Origin: Diplonema japonicum
Taxonomy: Eukaryota; Protista; Euglenozoa: Diplonemea
Assembly: GCA_964019335.1 (NCBI GenBank)
Contig: OZ025737.1
Span: 124,001 to 188,000, forward strand
Direction: 5' to 3'
Length of the DNA stretch: 64,000 bases
Part shown: piece after piece, positions 43,823-55,099 of the stretch
Layout: each line of letters starts with the position of its first letter
Position numbering within the stretch: position 1 is the stretch's first letter
Program-made: the position numbers and the translations under genes
Notes under the pieces: model-generated
The model's database searches: none
The model's input: only the letters and a program-made list of their open reading frames with translations
What the model was told of the DNA's origin: nothing

Positions 43823-44331
43823 CCCCTCTGTGAGTGTTTCAATTGAGTACTGTGACGGGGGCTCGTGTTTTTGACAATACTCTTGACGTCAGGCGGTCCA
43901 TGGGAAGAGGAAAAAAAAAAAGGGGGGGAAAAAAAAAAGAGAGAAGTGAGGGGTATTTATGGTTGTCACGATGCCTCCAAAAAAAAAAGGGGGGAATCAT
44001 GTTTCCAGATAAATATCGTTCTCTCTTCTTTTTTTTTTTCTCCCTCTTCTTTTCTTTTCTTCTCTTCTCTTTCTATTCTTCTGTGTGACCCTGTGTCCTT
44101 TTTTTTTTTTATTGTTGGCGGTCATGAAATACTACTCCAAATCATATTGAGTTTCTTTAATGGTTTCTTTTTTCTTTTCTTCTTTTTTTTTGTATACACT
44201 CTCCCTTCCCCCCAACGTGAGGCAGACACCCAATTGTTTGGGCACTTTCTTTTCTTTATGTTGATCGGCTTTTTTTTTTAAGGGGAGAAAGAAGGAAAAA
44301 AAAGACAAGAGGAAAAAAAAAAAAAGAAGGG

Positions 44332-44366
<35 letters not shown>

Positions 44367-44373
44367 GAACCTT

Positions 44374-44406
<33 letters not shown>

Positions 44407-46244
44407 TCCTTTTTTTTTTATTCCTCTTTTTTTTTCCCCCTCCCCCTTCTTCTTTTTTTTAAAAAAAATCCCCCCCAAAAGAAGACGAAAAATGGTTATT
44501 GTTCCCCCCCCCCTGATTTATTTTAATAGCTTCATTTTTTTTTATTCTACCCTCGGGTGCTGAGCGTGGGTCGCCCCCCCCCCCCCCCCCCCCCTCCCCC
44601 TGTCCGCTCCCGAGAGGGGATTTCCTCTGCATCCGCATGATAATTGAGAGGAAAAAAAAAGTGCAACGCTTCTTTTTTTTCTTCTTCCTTTTCTTAGCTT
44701 ATACTAAGAAATTGTTGACTTGGGGGGGGGGGGGGTGGGTGGGTGGTATACACCAAAAAAAAGAAAAAAAAACTGTTCCTTCTTCTCCCTATCTCCCCCC
44801 TCCCCCAACCTTCCCTTTCTTCTTTTACGAAAATCACGTGCAGTTTTTATTTTTCTCTTTTTTTTTGGGGGGAGGGGAAAGTGTCCACGAGCAACTCTCG
44901 TTATGTGAAGTTAAGTAGGGTGCTTTGTAATCCTTCTTGCCCAGATACCCCTCCCCCCCCCTCACAGAAGAAGGAATTTTTCTAAATAGCAGTGTAAAGA
45001 AAATAGGATGGCCTCACCCAACCAAAATGACATCTTCCTGTTTTGTTTTTGTGTTCCCCTCTTCTCATACATCTAAAGAAATGCTATAATTTAAAAAAAA
45101 AAAAAAGAAAAGAAAAGAAAGATTGGGAACAAGAGTACTTACATAACAGTATTCTAACATATATATTAACCCATCTATGGACCGTTGTATTTTGACCTCA
45201 ACCACCAAGCCCACAGGCCAAAAACCGAAAAAGTCAATTTCCCAAAAAATCCAAAAAAAAAAAAAAAAAAAAAAAAATGGCAGTGATGCCCCCTTAAGGT
45301 GGAGTCGGGTATTCCTCATTGTCACTTTTCTTACCGGTTTAGACCATCAAGTTCTTAAAATAATGCTGAAAAAGGCGGTGCCAAAAAGAGAATGGTATTT
45401 ATATTATGACATGTGAGTTTAGTGGTTTAAAAAAAAAAAAAAAACTAATTAAGACTTATTCTAACGTAGCAGTGATAGGACGAAAGGACCAGTGGCTGTC
45501 AACGGCATTTATCCACATCGACAGCAACCGGCAGCTCGTCCACATGATTCATCCGTCCTTTATCCACATGATTGGTTTCCCCCAAAAATTGCGCAGTGCC
45601 ATTCTTTAAAGAGCCCGGAAGGTTTTTTCTTTTCTTTTTTTTTTTTCCTCTTTTTTTTTTTGCAACTGATATATCAGTTCCGGTCTTTTTTATGGGTTTT
45701 GAAAAATAACTAAAAAAAAAAAAAAGAAAAGAAATTGGGAGAAAAATTTTAAAAAAAAAAAAAAGCTTGGCGATATAAATCGCCGTGATTGGGAGAAGGG
45801 GGGGGGGGGGGGGAGATTAGGATTTGGAGGGGGGTGGGAGGTGAATTATCGAGTGAAACGTGTGCCGTGATCACTGTTCTACCATTCCAAAGAAGGGGGT
45901 TGCTTCCCCCCCTCTCTTTTTTCTTTCTTTCTTTTTTCTTTCTTTCTGGCAGTTATTCGCTTGTGCCCGCCCTATTTCCGTAAACTTACTGAAAATGGGT
46001 TTTGAGGGAAATAAAAAAAAAAAAAAAAAACTATACATCAACAAAAAAGCACAAGCTGCTATATATAGTCCTCCTCCCCCCCCCAGTTATTTTCTTTTCT
46101 TTTTTCAACTCTCTCCAATCACCAGAAATATATATTTTAAAAAAAAACAAAAAAAAAAAAAAAAAAAAAAAGGGCATATTGTTTCCGTAAGGGTGTTCTT
46201 CGCCTTTTTGGGCGAAAGAAAAAAAAAAAAAAAAAAAAAAAAAA

Positions 46245-46805
46245 GTGCTGATGCGCACCGAGCCGTCGTTTTCCACAGAAACGGCGGGGTATCGGTGGCC
46301 GCAGAATCGCACTGTTATCCACCCGGAAGATCTAGAACAAGTTCCTAGCAGAAGTCCCATCCCCTCCCCCAGAACGGGATGGGACGGGGCGTCTAGCCAA
46401 CCCATAATGCTTGGTTTGCTGAAGATATGAAGGTCATTTAAAGAAACGACAGAAGAAGAAGAACCCAAAAAAAAAAAAGCACCTTTTTTTCCCCTTCTTC
46501 TTCTTAAGTTGCTAAGACCCTCCATGTGTTCTTTTTTTTTCTTTTCTTTCTTTCTTTTTTTTTTTTTTTGAAGGGCAGCGTTCCCAGCGGTGCGAGTGGA
46601 GCGCGTCAACTCCCTGCGCTGTATAGGAGGACCGACCACACACGGGTATGACAGGAGACCAGTCCCCCGGAGCGAACCATGAGCAGCATCAAAGACGGGA
46701 CAGGTACCTGTTGCAGACCCCGATAAGGCTGCCCCGCAGTTTAACCACCGCAGTAGGAACCCGCCAGAGCCCCCAGAACGGGGACTAAGCGCATTAAAAG
46801 AATAG
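46245..46805 (+). mobile_element. Two adjacent degenerate retroelement relics (46245-46430 and 46571-46805) homologous to 49529-49879
   Basis: 46581-46661 encodes FPAVRVERVNSLRCIGGPTTHGYDRRP (17/27 identical to 49658-49738), then an in-frame stop, a frameshift and GTRQSPQNGD. 46245-46430 shares PxFSTxTAxY and LxQxPS with the same family (weaker match). Confidence 0.55.
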
Positions 46806-47420
46806 TTTTTTTTTTTTTTTTTTTTTTTTTTCTTTCTTTTTTTTTTAAATGCACCTCATATCTCTGTAATGTTCAGTAGTTTCTGTCATATGGACAATTT
46901 TAGAGATGCGAGGCAAGAAAAAGATTAGAAGTTGTTACAGATAGCCAGTAGAAACCCTGCTTGCTTGCACAAGGGCTCCTCCTGCTGTCTTATGCTTGAA
47001 AAAAAAATTTTTTTTTCTCTTTACCTAGACCTCCTTTCTTTGTATCTTTTGAGAAAATGTGGTGGCAAATACTCTGCACTTCTCACACCCCCTTGATATG
47101 TGTGAGGTAGTTGCAAAAGATCTCTCCCCCACCCCACCCACACACACCATTCATTCCTTACGAACTGTTAAAGTTTACACGAAAAAAAAAAAGAAAGTTT
47201 CAGTTCCAGATTTTTCGGGGAGGAAAAAAAAAATAAGAAGAATCATACACAGCGTATTATAACTCTCCAAAAAAAAAAAAACACGTTTTTTTTTTTTTTT
47301 AATTTTTTTTTATTTTTTTTTAAATAAGGGGACATCTCATAATAGACGTCCTTTAAAAAAGTTTTTTTTTGATAACGTTATAACGCTGTGTGTGCTTCTT
47401 TTTTTTCTTTTTTCTTTCCC

Positions 47421-47451
<31 letters not shown>

Positions 47452-47597
47452 AGCTCCTAAGTTTCGTTTCTGTTTTTTTTTTTTCTTCTTTTCTTCTTCT
47501 GTTCTTCATACTCCTCCTATTTCTCTATTCTTTTCGTATTATTATTACCCTTCCATTACAAATAAAAAGATAAGCGGGGGGGGGGGGGGGGGAGGAA

Positions 47598-49511
47598 ATG
47601 TCAACCCCAGAGTATGTCCACGAAGGGAGCGCCGTAGCGGGGCTACGGTTGCAAGCTTGGAAGGAACAATATTACAAGGCGTTTTTCAGCAGCGATGCTG
47701 GTGAGGTGTACGCAGAGGCAGCGGGGAGGCTCCGCCCACTGTCGGCCTCCGGAGCCGGAAAATTAAAAAAATCCGGCTTGCTAGACAAACCCACCCACCC
47801 GATAATAATCGACCTCGAAACCGAAATGCAAAAACTGGCCTTCATAAATATCGAGGGAACCCCTCCGGCCTCGCTGGCGGCGTTTAAAGAAGCTGTTTTA
47901 AGAGCGACAGCAGGCGCGCCGAAAGTACATAGATTGGTTAAACATATTATCTCGGAATTTGACAAGGCTTTTAAAAACGTCACGAACGAGACGAATCTGG
48001 GGCGGGAAAAAACAACAGAGGAAATTGTAACGAGGCTGCAGAAGGAAATCTTGAAGCTCCACGAGGATCTAACAAAAAAAGAAGAGCAAGGCTTGGTCCT
48101 ACTCAAAGCAAACAAGGATTTCAAAGAAGCCAACGCGCAGTACTGCGAAGAGGTAATGGTCCTTCAACGCCATGTAAACGAAATTCACGACCAGCTTCAA
48201 AAAGTATGTGGGAGATTATTCTTGGACGCGCCGTTGGAATGCACCCCAAGGCATTCTCAAGAAAAAAAACCGTTTTCACCTTTTTCAATATACACTCAAC
48301 ACACCGCCGTGCATTTCGTGAACGGATTGAAACGACTTTGCGCGGAAATCGAACATTTGCGATACACCAAACATATGATTTCTGAAGAGCTTTCAAGATT
48401 ATACACTTATTCGAACAACCAACAACATGACATTTCCGTTCACCTCGCTAAGGGTAAAGAACTGTCATCTCTCGTCGCCGATTTGAAGGAAACCGTGAAG
48501 GATTTAAAAGGAACAAATAACACATTGCTGGCTGAGAAACAACTGCTTGAGACAGAAGCGAATTCCGCACGCATATCAGCCACCGAAGCTTACACCTCAA
48601 ACCTGCAAAAAACTGTTTTGGAAATGGAGCTGAACCACGCCAAAGATCTGCTCCACACGTTTCTAGAACGGCGCGATGTGAAACATCAAAAAGAACAAAC
48701 CGTGAAAGAGTTCCCGGGAAGAGGAACGGGAGACGACACACCGCAATATCTCAAAACAACGCTGCAACACGTTAAAAACAAAAATTTCGGGAGGTCGAGC
48801 ATCCTTCAGTATCTTAAAGAAATATGGCACGAACACTCTAACGGAATTGGTTCGTTGGAAAACGCATTGACGTCGTACGCCGCCCGGCAAAAACAACCTG
48901 TGGAGTTTGCATACAATTTGGTGGAAGGATGCGAGCGACAACGGTTGAACAACACGGAGTGCGACCTCTTTCTAAGAATCACTCGGGGCGAGGTTTCTGA
49001 GAAGCTGTATTATGCTGCAGACCGTGCAATAACCACCGTGAAACAAGAGGCGGATCGAATTGAAAAAGATCTTCGCAGCAAAGGACGTTCTACCACCCAA
49101 GGCAGGATTCCCTTCGACACCGTTGTGAAAATTCTGAGAACCACCTTGCAACTCCCCCAGTCTTCTCTTTCCCGTACTGTTTACGCTCTCCAGATGGACC
49201 GTATCTCTGAAGATATCGACATTGAAATCACCTCTTACCCGAAGTTCTGCGACGCCATTAAAAGAGCCGTTGTTATCTCGTCATATACCGCGTGGGCTGC
49301 GCTGTCTTCATGTGTTTTGTCGACAGTTGCTGCGGAGAAGGACAAGATTTTGTCGTTTCACAACCTGTCAAAGGTGGTGTCTGAGAACGCGCCTTCTCTT
49401 CTCCCTCTTAAGCCGCAGGACCCCGATGAGGAGGTACCGCTGATGCCGTTTCTCGAAAATCTTCTCACCACGCGGTACATCGAATATCGCGTGAAGAAAA
49501 ACGCAAAGTAA
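47598..49511 (+). CDS. TSNAXIP1-like (translin-associated factor X-interacting protein 1-like) coiled-coil protein
   Basis: Coiled coil, CTPR, then FPGRGTGDDTPQYLK...VKNKNF....LKEIW...EFAYNLVEG...CDLFLRITRGEVSEKLY, resembling the conserved TSNAXIP1 block as I recall it. Confidence 0.7.
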   Translation: MSTPEYVHEGSAVAGLRLQAWKEQYYKAFFSSDAGEVYAEAAGRLRPLSASGAGKLKKSGLLDKPTHPIIIDLETEMQKLAFINIEGTPPASLAAFKEAVLRATAGAPKVHRLVKHIISEFDKAFKNVTNETNLGREKTTEEIVTRLQKEILKLHEDLTKKEEQGLVLLKANKDFKEANAQYCEEVMVLQRHVNEIHDQLQKVCGRLFLDAPLECTPRHSQEKKPFSPFSIYTQHTAVHFVNGLKRLCAEIEHLRYTKHMISEELSRLYTYSNNQQHDISVHLAKGKELSSLVADLKETVKDLKGTNNTLLAEKQLLETEANSARISATEAYTSNLQKTVLEMELNHAKDLLHTFLERRDVKHQKEQTVKEFPGRGTGDDTPQYLKTTLQHVKNKNFGRSSILQYLKEIWHEHSNGIGSLENALTSYAARQKQPVEFAYNLVEGCERQRLNNTECDLFLRITRGEVSEKLYYAADRAITTVKQEADRIEKDLRSKGRSTTQGRIPFDTVVKILRTTLQLPQSSLSRTVYALQMDRISEDIDIEITSYPKFCDAIKRAVVISSYTAWAALSSCVLSTVAAEKDKILSFHNLSKVVSENAPSLLPLKPQDPDEEVPLMPFLENLLTTRYIEYRVKKNAK

Positions 49512-49528
49512 AAAAAAAAAAAAAAAAT

Positions 49529-49879
49529 CCCTTTACAGGGAGTTCTTTTTTATACGGGGAACATGGGGAGAGCAGTCTGTTGGAGAGAAAAGCCGCACGT
49601 CTGCGGTACATCCTCAATAGAGTGCAAGCATGTGCGGCAAAGGGCAACAAAAGCGGCTTCCCAGCAAGAAGGATGACCAGAGTACACTCCCTGAGAAACC
49701 TGGGCGCACCAGCGATGCATGGCTACGACAAGAGACCCTTGTTCTCGTCAACCCAAACAGCCCCCTATTTGGAGGGACTGCGACCGATGTTCTTAGCGCA
49801 GATGCCGTCCATGACGGACAGGCAAACCCCGACGGCCGGCACCAGGATGCAACCGCAGAATGGTGACAGGCACGTGTAG
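49529..49879 (+). mobile_element. Degenerate non-LTR reverse-transcriptase relic directly downstream of the TSNAXIP1-like stop
   Basis: One frame reads SFLYGEH (YxDD-like)...ARLRYILNRVQACAAKGNKS (RT domain 6-like)...RVHSLRNLGAP (domain 7 YLG-like)...GTRMQPQNGD. Confidence 0.55.
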
Positions 49880-49955
49880 GATCCCCCGTCCACGGTGAGC
49901 ACCAACCAGCGCACCGCAAAAATAGATCGAGTTTTTTGTTTTTTTTCTTCGTAGC

Positions 49956-49993
<38 letters not shown>

Positions 49994-50077
49994 TCGGACA
50001 CACGTATCACAGGGGTGGTCCCCCCTCCCCCCCCCGCCCCCCCGGCACCCTTTTTTTTTTTTCTTTTTTTTTTTTTG

Positions 50078-51502
50078 ATGCCGTCAGCTGTTATAATACT
50101 GTTAATAATAGTAAGTTGCTGGCAGTGTGTAGGGCATGTCAAGGTGGTTTCGGTACCGGAGGGGTCTGTGCGTGAGGTGGACATACGGTGGGAAGGCACG
50201 ACCTTGGGGAGGGACGAGATAACAATAAACGACAACTGGGAATGCGGTGTCCAGGGAACACTGGAACCAGGAAACTGGAGACTGCCACTCGACACCGACT
50301 ATGTGACTAGAGATCCCGACACACCATGGAAGGTGTACATAGCGAACGAAAATTCTTCGGCGCACTGCACCAATCCCACTGCTACTCTGACGGAAAACAT
50401 CAAGCGAAGGGTACTAACGACCACTCTACCCAACACACCCAATATGTTCAAAATATCCTTCACAGTGGAAGGCCCACCCGTGTCAATTGCAGTTGAACCA
50501 ACTCCCACGTCCGGGTGCTTGGCAGCACCGATTCGGTTCGAGCGGGAAAACGGGTCGCGAGAAGTACAATTTCTCTGCCCGCCCTCAACCACCACACTGT
50601 TATGCTTCGCGCTTTATGGGGAAGATCAAGGCGACTTCCTAAACGACATACCTTGTGTCAATGTCACTGAATCGAGATGTAAGGAAACGTGCGGAGAGAA
50701 CAGCATATGTTCTGTGGAGGTTGTTTCTAAAAAGACCGTGTGCAGCTGTGATGCAACATTCCTCTGTACTGGGCAATGCGATTCCCCGTTTTCCCGAAAG
50801 AAATGCAGCCCAACCTGCACCGCGATGGAGTGTCCTTCCGGGTTTGCCAAGAAACAAACGCAACCTGAATATTGCGAATCACATTCAGAAAAATGCGCCG
50901 TATCTGACTGCTGCACATCGGCATCCCATACAGATGGGGGAAGCACAATGTCTCTCCCAACATGGGGGCTTATCATACTCGCTGTGGTCCCCTTTTCAGG
51001 TTGTTTTGCCGTAACAGCATACCTCGTAAAACGCGTTCGCGACGATCAACAGGAAGAAACCCGTGGGGAAAGCCCGCCTTTAAGAGAACCCCTTATTGCA
51101 ATGGAAATGACTCAAAAACATGAATGTTCCGAGGATTTGGAAGCAACTGTAACATCAACATCAACAGAAATCGAAACTCATTACCCTGCAGGGAGTGATA
51201 CACCAACATCTGAGCACCTTGCCTCGTCCATGAAGTCCGCGTCGGGTCACTTGAAGAAAACTGTTTCTATACATGTGTCGCATTCCAATGCAGGGTCGTC
51301 GTGGAGGGGGTCTCCTCATTCTAGTGCGAGGAGCACGCAGTCTGGAAACCACCTCACTGTTCACAAAGACTCGTTTAGAAAAATACCTAGGGTTACTTCT
51401 ACGCATGTGCCTCGTGGTGCCGGTCGGCCTCCGCAGCACCCTAGCACTTGTATCACCTCATTGGCAGCTCAACATGAAGAAAGTCTAGGAAAGCGGGTTT
51501 GA
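50078..51502 (+). CDS. Type I membrane protein with EGF-like/Cys-rich ectodomain
   Basis: Signal peptide MPSAVIILLIIVSCWQCVG; Cys-rich module; TM WGLIILAVVPFSGCFAVTAYLV followed by KRVR; Ser/His-rich tail. Confidence 0.8.
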   Translation: MPSAVIILLIIVSCWQCVGHVKVVSVPEGSVREVDIRWEGTTLGRDEITINDNWECGVQGTLEPGNWRLPLDTDYVTRDPDTPWKVYIANENSSAHCTNPTATLTENIKRRVLTTTLPNTPNMFKISFTVEGPPVSIAVEPTPTSGCLAAPIRFERENGSREVQFLCPPSTTTLLCFALYGEDQGDFLNDIPCVNVTESRCKETCGENSICSVEVVSKKTVCSCDATFLCTGQCDSPFSRKKCSPTCTAMECPSGFAKKQTQPEYCESHSEKCAVSDCCTSASHTDGGSTMSLPTWGLIILAVVPFSGCFAVTAYLVKRVRDDQQEETRGESPPLREPLIAMEMTQKHECSEDLEATVTSTSTEIETHYPAGSDTPTSEHLASSMKSASGHLKKTVSIHVSHSNAGSSWRGSPHSSARSTQSGNHLTVHKDSFRKIPRVTSTHVPRGAGRPPQHPSTCITSLAAQHEESLGKRV

Positions 51503-52554
51503 ACTGTTGTGTTGTGTTTTTTTTTTTTTTTTTTTTTTTTTTTTGTTGCTCCCCATCATGGATGGTGGACACAGCTCTTTTTCTTTTTTTTTTTCTTTCC
51601 TGGGATGGGACGGGGGGGGAGGAAGGAAGAAAAAAAAGGGGGGGGGGGGAACGGAAGAAAGAAAAAAGAAAGAAAGAAAAAAAGAAGAAGAAAAAAAAAA
51701 AAAAAGTGTATAGCCTCACTATGCCGCATTTTCCTCTGTGTCGACCAAACAAATACGATGGTTTTTCCCCCCACCCCCACCCACCCCCGCTCTTCCACAC
51801 TGACGGCACAATTGTTCTCAATGCATAGCTGCATAGCAATGTGCCGATGAAATGTAAAAAAAGGGGGGGTGGGGGTGTGAAAGAATGGGGCAAACCCGCA
51901 CCTGGGACCAGGGGGTCCCGCTGGAGGGAACGGGAAGAAAAAAAAAATTGGCGCTAAAAAAAAAAATTAAGCCCAACTAAATTATCCTCTTATTCCTTTC
52001 CTTTCTTTTTTCTTCGTTCTTTTTTTCGTATTTTTTTTCCCCCACCCCCATGTAGATGGGAGGAGAAAGAGAGGATGAATGGTTGGTGTCAATTACAAAG
52101 AACGAGACGGAAAAAGAAGAAAAAAAAGAAGAAAAACTCCAAAATATCCGCTATTTTTTTTCTTTTTTTTTTGCTATTTTAGGTCTTCCCTCACGAAAGG
52201 GGGAAAATAAAAAAAAAAAAAAAATAGAGAAAGAAGAAAAAACACTTTTTTTTTTTTCTCCTCTTTTTTTTTTTTTTTTTTTCCCTTTCTTTTGTCTAGC
52301 GTATGCAAATAGTAATGGGTGAACAATGACGAGACATCTCAAGTGTCTTTTGGTGCTTTCGGAACAAGAGTACAATCACACTTTGAGCTGCAAGGGGCTA
52401 ATTTCATTTTTTAAGAAAAAAGAAGGAGCCACTTGGGGTTGTTTCGTTACATACTTAGTCGGTTTTCTATCTTGGTTTTGTCACGCTCTCGCTTTTTCTT
52501 CTTTTCTTTTTTTCAGGTGGTGGGGATAACATGAAAATATAAGAAAAACATCAG

Positions 52555-52830
52555 ATGTGTTGTTCGCTGTTGACCTCCTCGTCGGTCATCACCGGCAGCA
52601 CCCGAGTGGAAGAACATAATGCAGATGCTCAGGGTGACGAACAGGCAGCAAACTGCACGAGCGCAGAATCTTGGTTACCCGGGACGCACCGGCTGGGGTT
52701 GAGCTGTACACCGCACGCATTAAGGACACGACGCGGAACGCAGAAGAAGCTACAACTCGGCCGCGGCGCGCCCCCTGTAATCAAGTAGACAGTTCTTGTG
52801 CAGGGCGCCGCCAACACCGGCCTCCTTTAA
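52555..52830 (+). mobile_element. Possible degenerate non-LTR RT relic
   Basis: GC-rich island in homopolymer DNA; VLFAVDLLV (LFADD-like) at 52557, then ESWL...RLGLS in another frame. Confidence 0.3.
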
Positions 52831-52836
52831 CTCATA

Positions 52837-52870
<34 letters not shown>

Positions 52871-53001
52871 TTTTTTTAAATCTCTAGTTGCTTCCACTTC
52901 TTACCTCCATGACTACCAATCAACTAAAGCAGAGCACATCAAAAAAGAAGAAAAGAAAAAAAAAGAGGAGGACATAAAAGAAAATAAATAAAGAAAATTG
53001 C

Positions 53002-53032
<31 letters not shown>

Positions 53033-53898
53033 CATCAACATCATACAATACTACTGTTTCTTCTTTTTTTTTTTTTTTTCCTTTTTTTTTCTTCCTCGCT
53101 TTTTTATTTTATTTTTTTATTTTTGTTCTCTTCCTGTCAGCCTCAGAAGGGCTCTAACAGGAAGATGAAGAAACAAAACAAAAAAGCAAAAAAGAAAAAG
53201 AAAAAAAAAAGGGGAAAAAAAAAGGAGGAGAAAGAAAAATAGAACTCCCCCAAAGAAAAAAAAAAGAAGAAGAAAAAAAAATTGGAGGAGTATTCGTCCG
53301 GAGAAAATTTTTCGGATTTGAATTTTTCTTTTGTTATACCCACAAAATGGGATCGCTGGTTTTGATTTCAAAAAAAAAGAAAAAAAGAAAGGGGGTGGGA
53401 AAAAAAAAAGGAACCAGCGGAGGAATGGGTTATACAAGTAAGTATGAACTCGCTATTTTCAGCCCCATTCCCCTATCAGGTAACAGGCAACAGCTCCCTG
53501 CATATTAGGAGTAAGTGCATCCGAAGAGCGCCTTTTTTGGTTTCATTGGGGAAGGAGGGAAAAAAAAAAAAAAAAATCCCCTCCCCTTCCGGCCCTTTCG
53601 GCTTTATCTACTATTTTGAGGGATCCAGAAACCGAAAGATTTTTTGAGGAAAACGACCGGGGGGGGGGGGGGGGGGTAAAGACAAAAACACCCCCATTTC
53701 CCGTTAACATAAAGTAGTCCTCTTCCCCCCTCTCCCCCCCTTCCCCCCTGTGCTTGAGGTATTTCTCTCTCTTTGTTCTTTGTTTTTTTTTTTTTTTTTT
53801 TTTTTTTTTGTTTCCTACATTTTTAAGCAAACCAGAAAACCACTGAAGTACCTGGAGCCTAATTGCGCTGGGGTTGCAGAAGCTGTAGGGACAAAGTT

Positions 53899-53932
<34 letters not shown>

Positions 53933-54077
53933 CCTGTTGTGCATCAAAAGAAAACTAGCGATTGAAGAGAGAGCCAATCGGAACTTCTTACAATGCATAG
54001 ATGTCACCTGTTTTTATACAGGAGACTACCCATGCTAGAGAAGTATCAGATTATTATTACTATTTTTATTTTATTTT

Positions 54078-54243
54078 TTTTATTTCACTCTTCGTCATTT
54101 ATTTCATTCACTAGGGGGTATTTTTGACTATTTTTTGGCCATCTGAGGCCATACTTTACTTCCCCTTAAAATGCCACGACGAAATAGCTACCCTGAAAGC
54201 AGTGAAGAGTGAGTGACTCAAATTGACGAAGAGTGAAATAAAA
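54078..54243. mobile_element. Small foldback/MITE-like element (166 bp)
   Basis: Perfect 20-bp inverted repeat TTTTATTTCACTCTTCGTCA (54078-54097 / 54224-54243) with imperfect inward extension. Confidence 0.65.
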
Positions 54244-54244
54244 C

Positions 54245-54358
54245 GACTTACTTGCCGCCAAATGAGCCATTATTTAACACTCGTTACCGTTTTAAAAAAA
54301 AAAAAAAATCGAGAACTCGAGTTAAATAATGACTCATTATTTGTTGGCAGTAAATAGC
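54245..54358. repeat. Second foldback element; its left arm recurs at 38973-39008
   Basis: AATGAGCCATTATTTAAC (54261-54278) matches the reverse complement of 54321-54338 at 17/18; GACTTACTT(G/A)CCGCCAAATGAG is shared with 38973-38994. Confidence 0.6.
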
Positions 54359-55099
54359 TATTTTTTCTCCCCCCCCCCCCACCCCGTTCTCTGCGCTTTG
54401 GGAGATCCCTAGCTCTTCGCTCCTTTTTCTTTAACAATGCTGGCAATGAGGGGAAGCGAATGCTACTTCTTTTTTTTTTTTTTTTTTTTTTCTTCTTCTT
54501 TTCTTTTTTTCTTGCCCACGGAATACCCTTTTTGGGAACGCCGAGGCTGACGGTTTCACGCGGAAAATTTGTCTTCTTTTTTTTTTTTTCTTCTTCTTAT
54601 TTCTTTCTTATTTTATTTTGATGGGTACTGAAAAGGTTTTTTCTTTCTTTTCACTCTCTCCTTCTTTTCCTTTCTTTTATTTTCTTAGAAAGGTCCTCGA
54701 CATATATGTAACCCCCCTCTGAGGACGAATCTTGTGGCCCATGTTTCTATGGGAAGGGGTCTCGTATGCTTTCTCTGCGTGATATCTATTTTTTCCCCTT
54801 TAAAAAAAATAAAAAATAAAAAATAAAAAAAGAGGGAGAAAATGAAAAAGAAAAAAAAAATAAAAATAAAAATAAAAAAAAAACCACCTAATATATTTAT
54901 TCTCTGATCTCCTTTCCACCGTTTTTTTTTTTTTCTCCCCTTACCCTTTTTTTTTCCTTCTTTTTTTTAAAGTCGCCTTTTCTGTCCGTATTCTGTTTTT
55001 TTTTTTTTTTTTTTTTTTTTTTGGAAAATGTTTCTTTCGATACAAACCAAGGAAGGGGGAGGAAAAGGGAATTCAAAAAAAAAAAAAAGAGGAAACAAA

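Noticed and set aside
45508-45570. Two TTATCCACA DnaA-box matches
   Set aside because: Eukaryotic context; explained by a small local repeat (TCCACAT).
46400-46432. Minus-strand ATATCTTC resembling the trypanosomatid U2 5' end
   Set aside because: Similarity stops after 8 nt; no branch-point recognition or Sm region.
46571-46800. RNase MRP or SRP RNA (AGTCCCC / GGGGACT, CAGG...AGCAG)
   Set aside because: Spacing and consensus do not fit, and codon-level homology to 49658-49879 explains the sequence better.
49508-49538. Possible 31-nt GT-AG intron overlapping the TSNAXIP1-like stop codon
   Set aside because: Shorter than all well-supported introns and adds no recognisable sequence; needs cDNA.
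49680-49715. HSLR (and PHALR near 52710) as tyrosine-recombinase box II
   Set aside because: No downstream GH/GRW...Y motif, the homologous copy has NSLR, and the RT reading accounts for more motifs.
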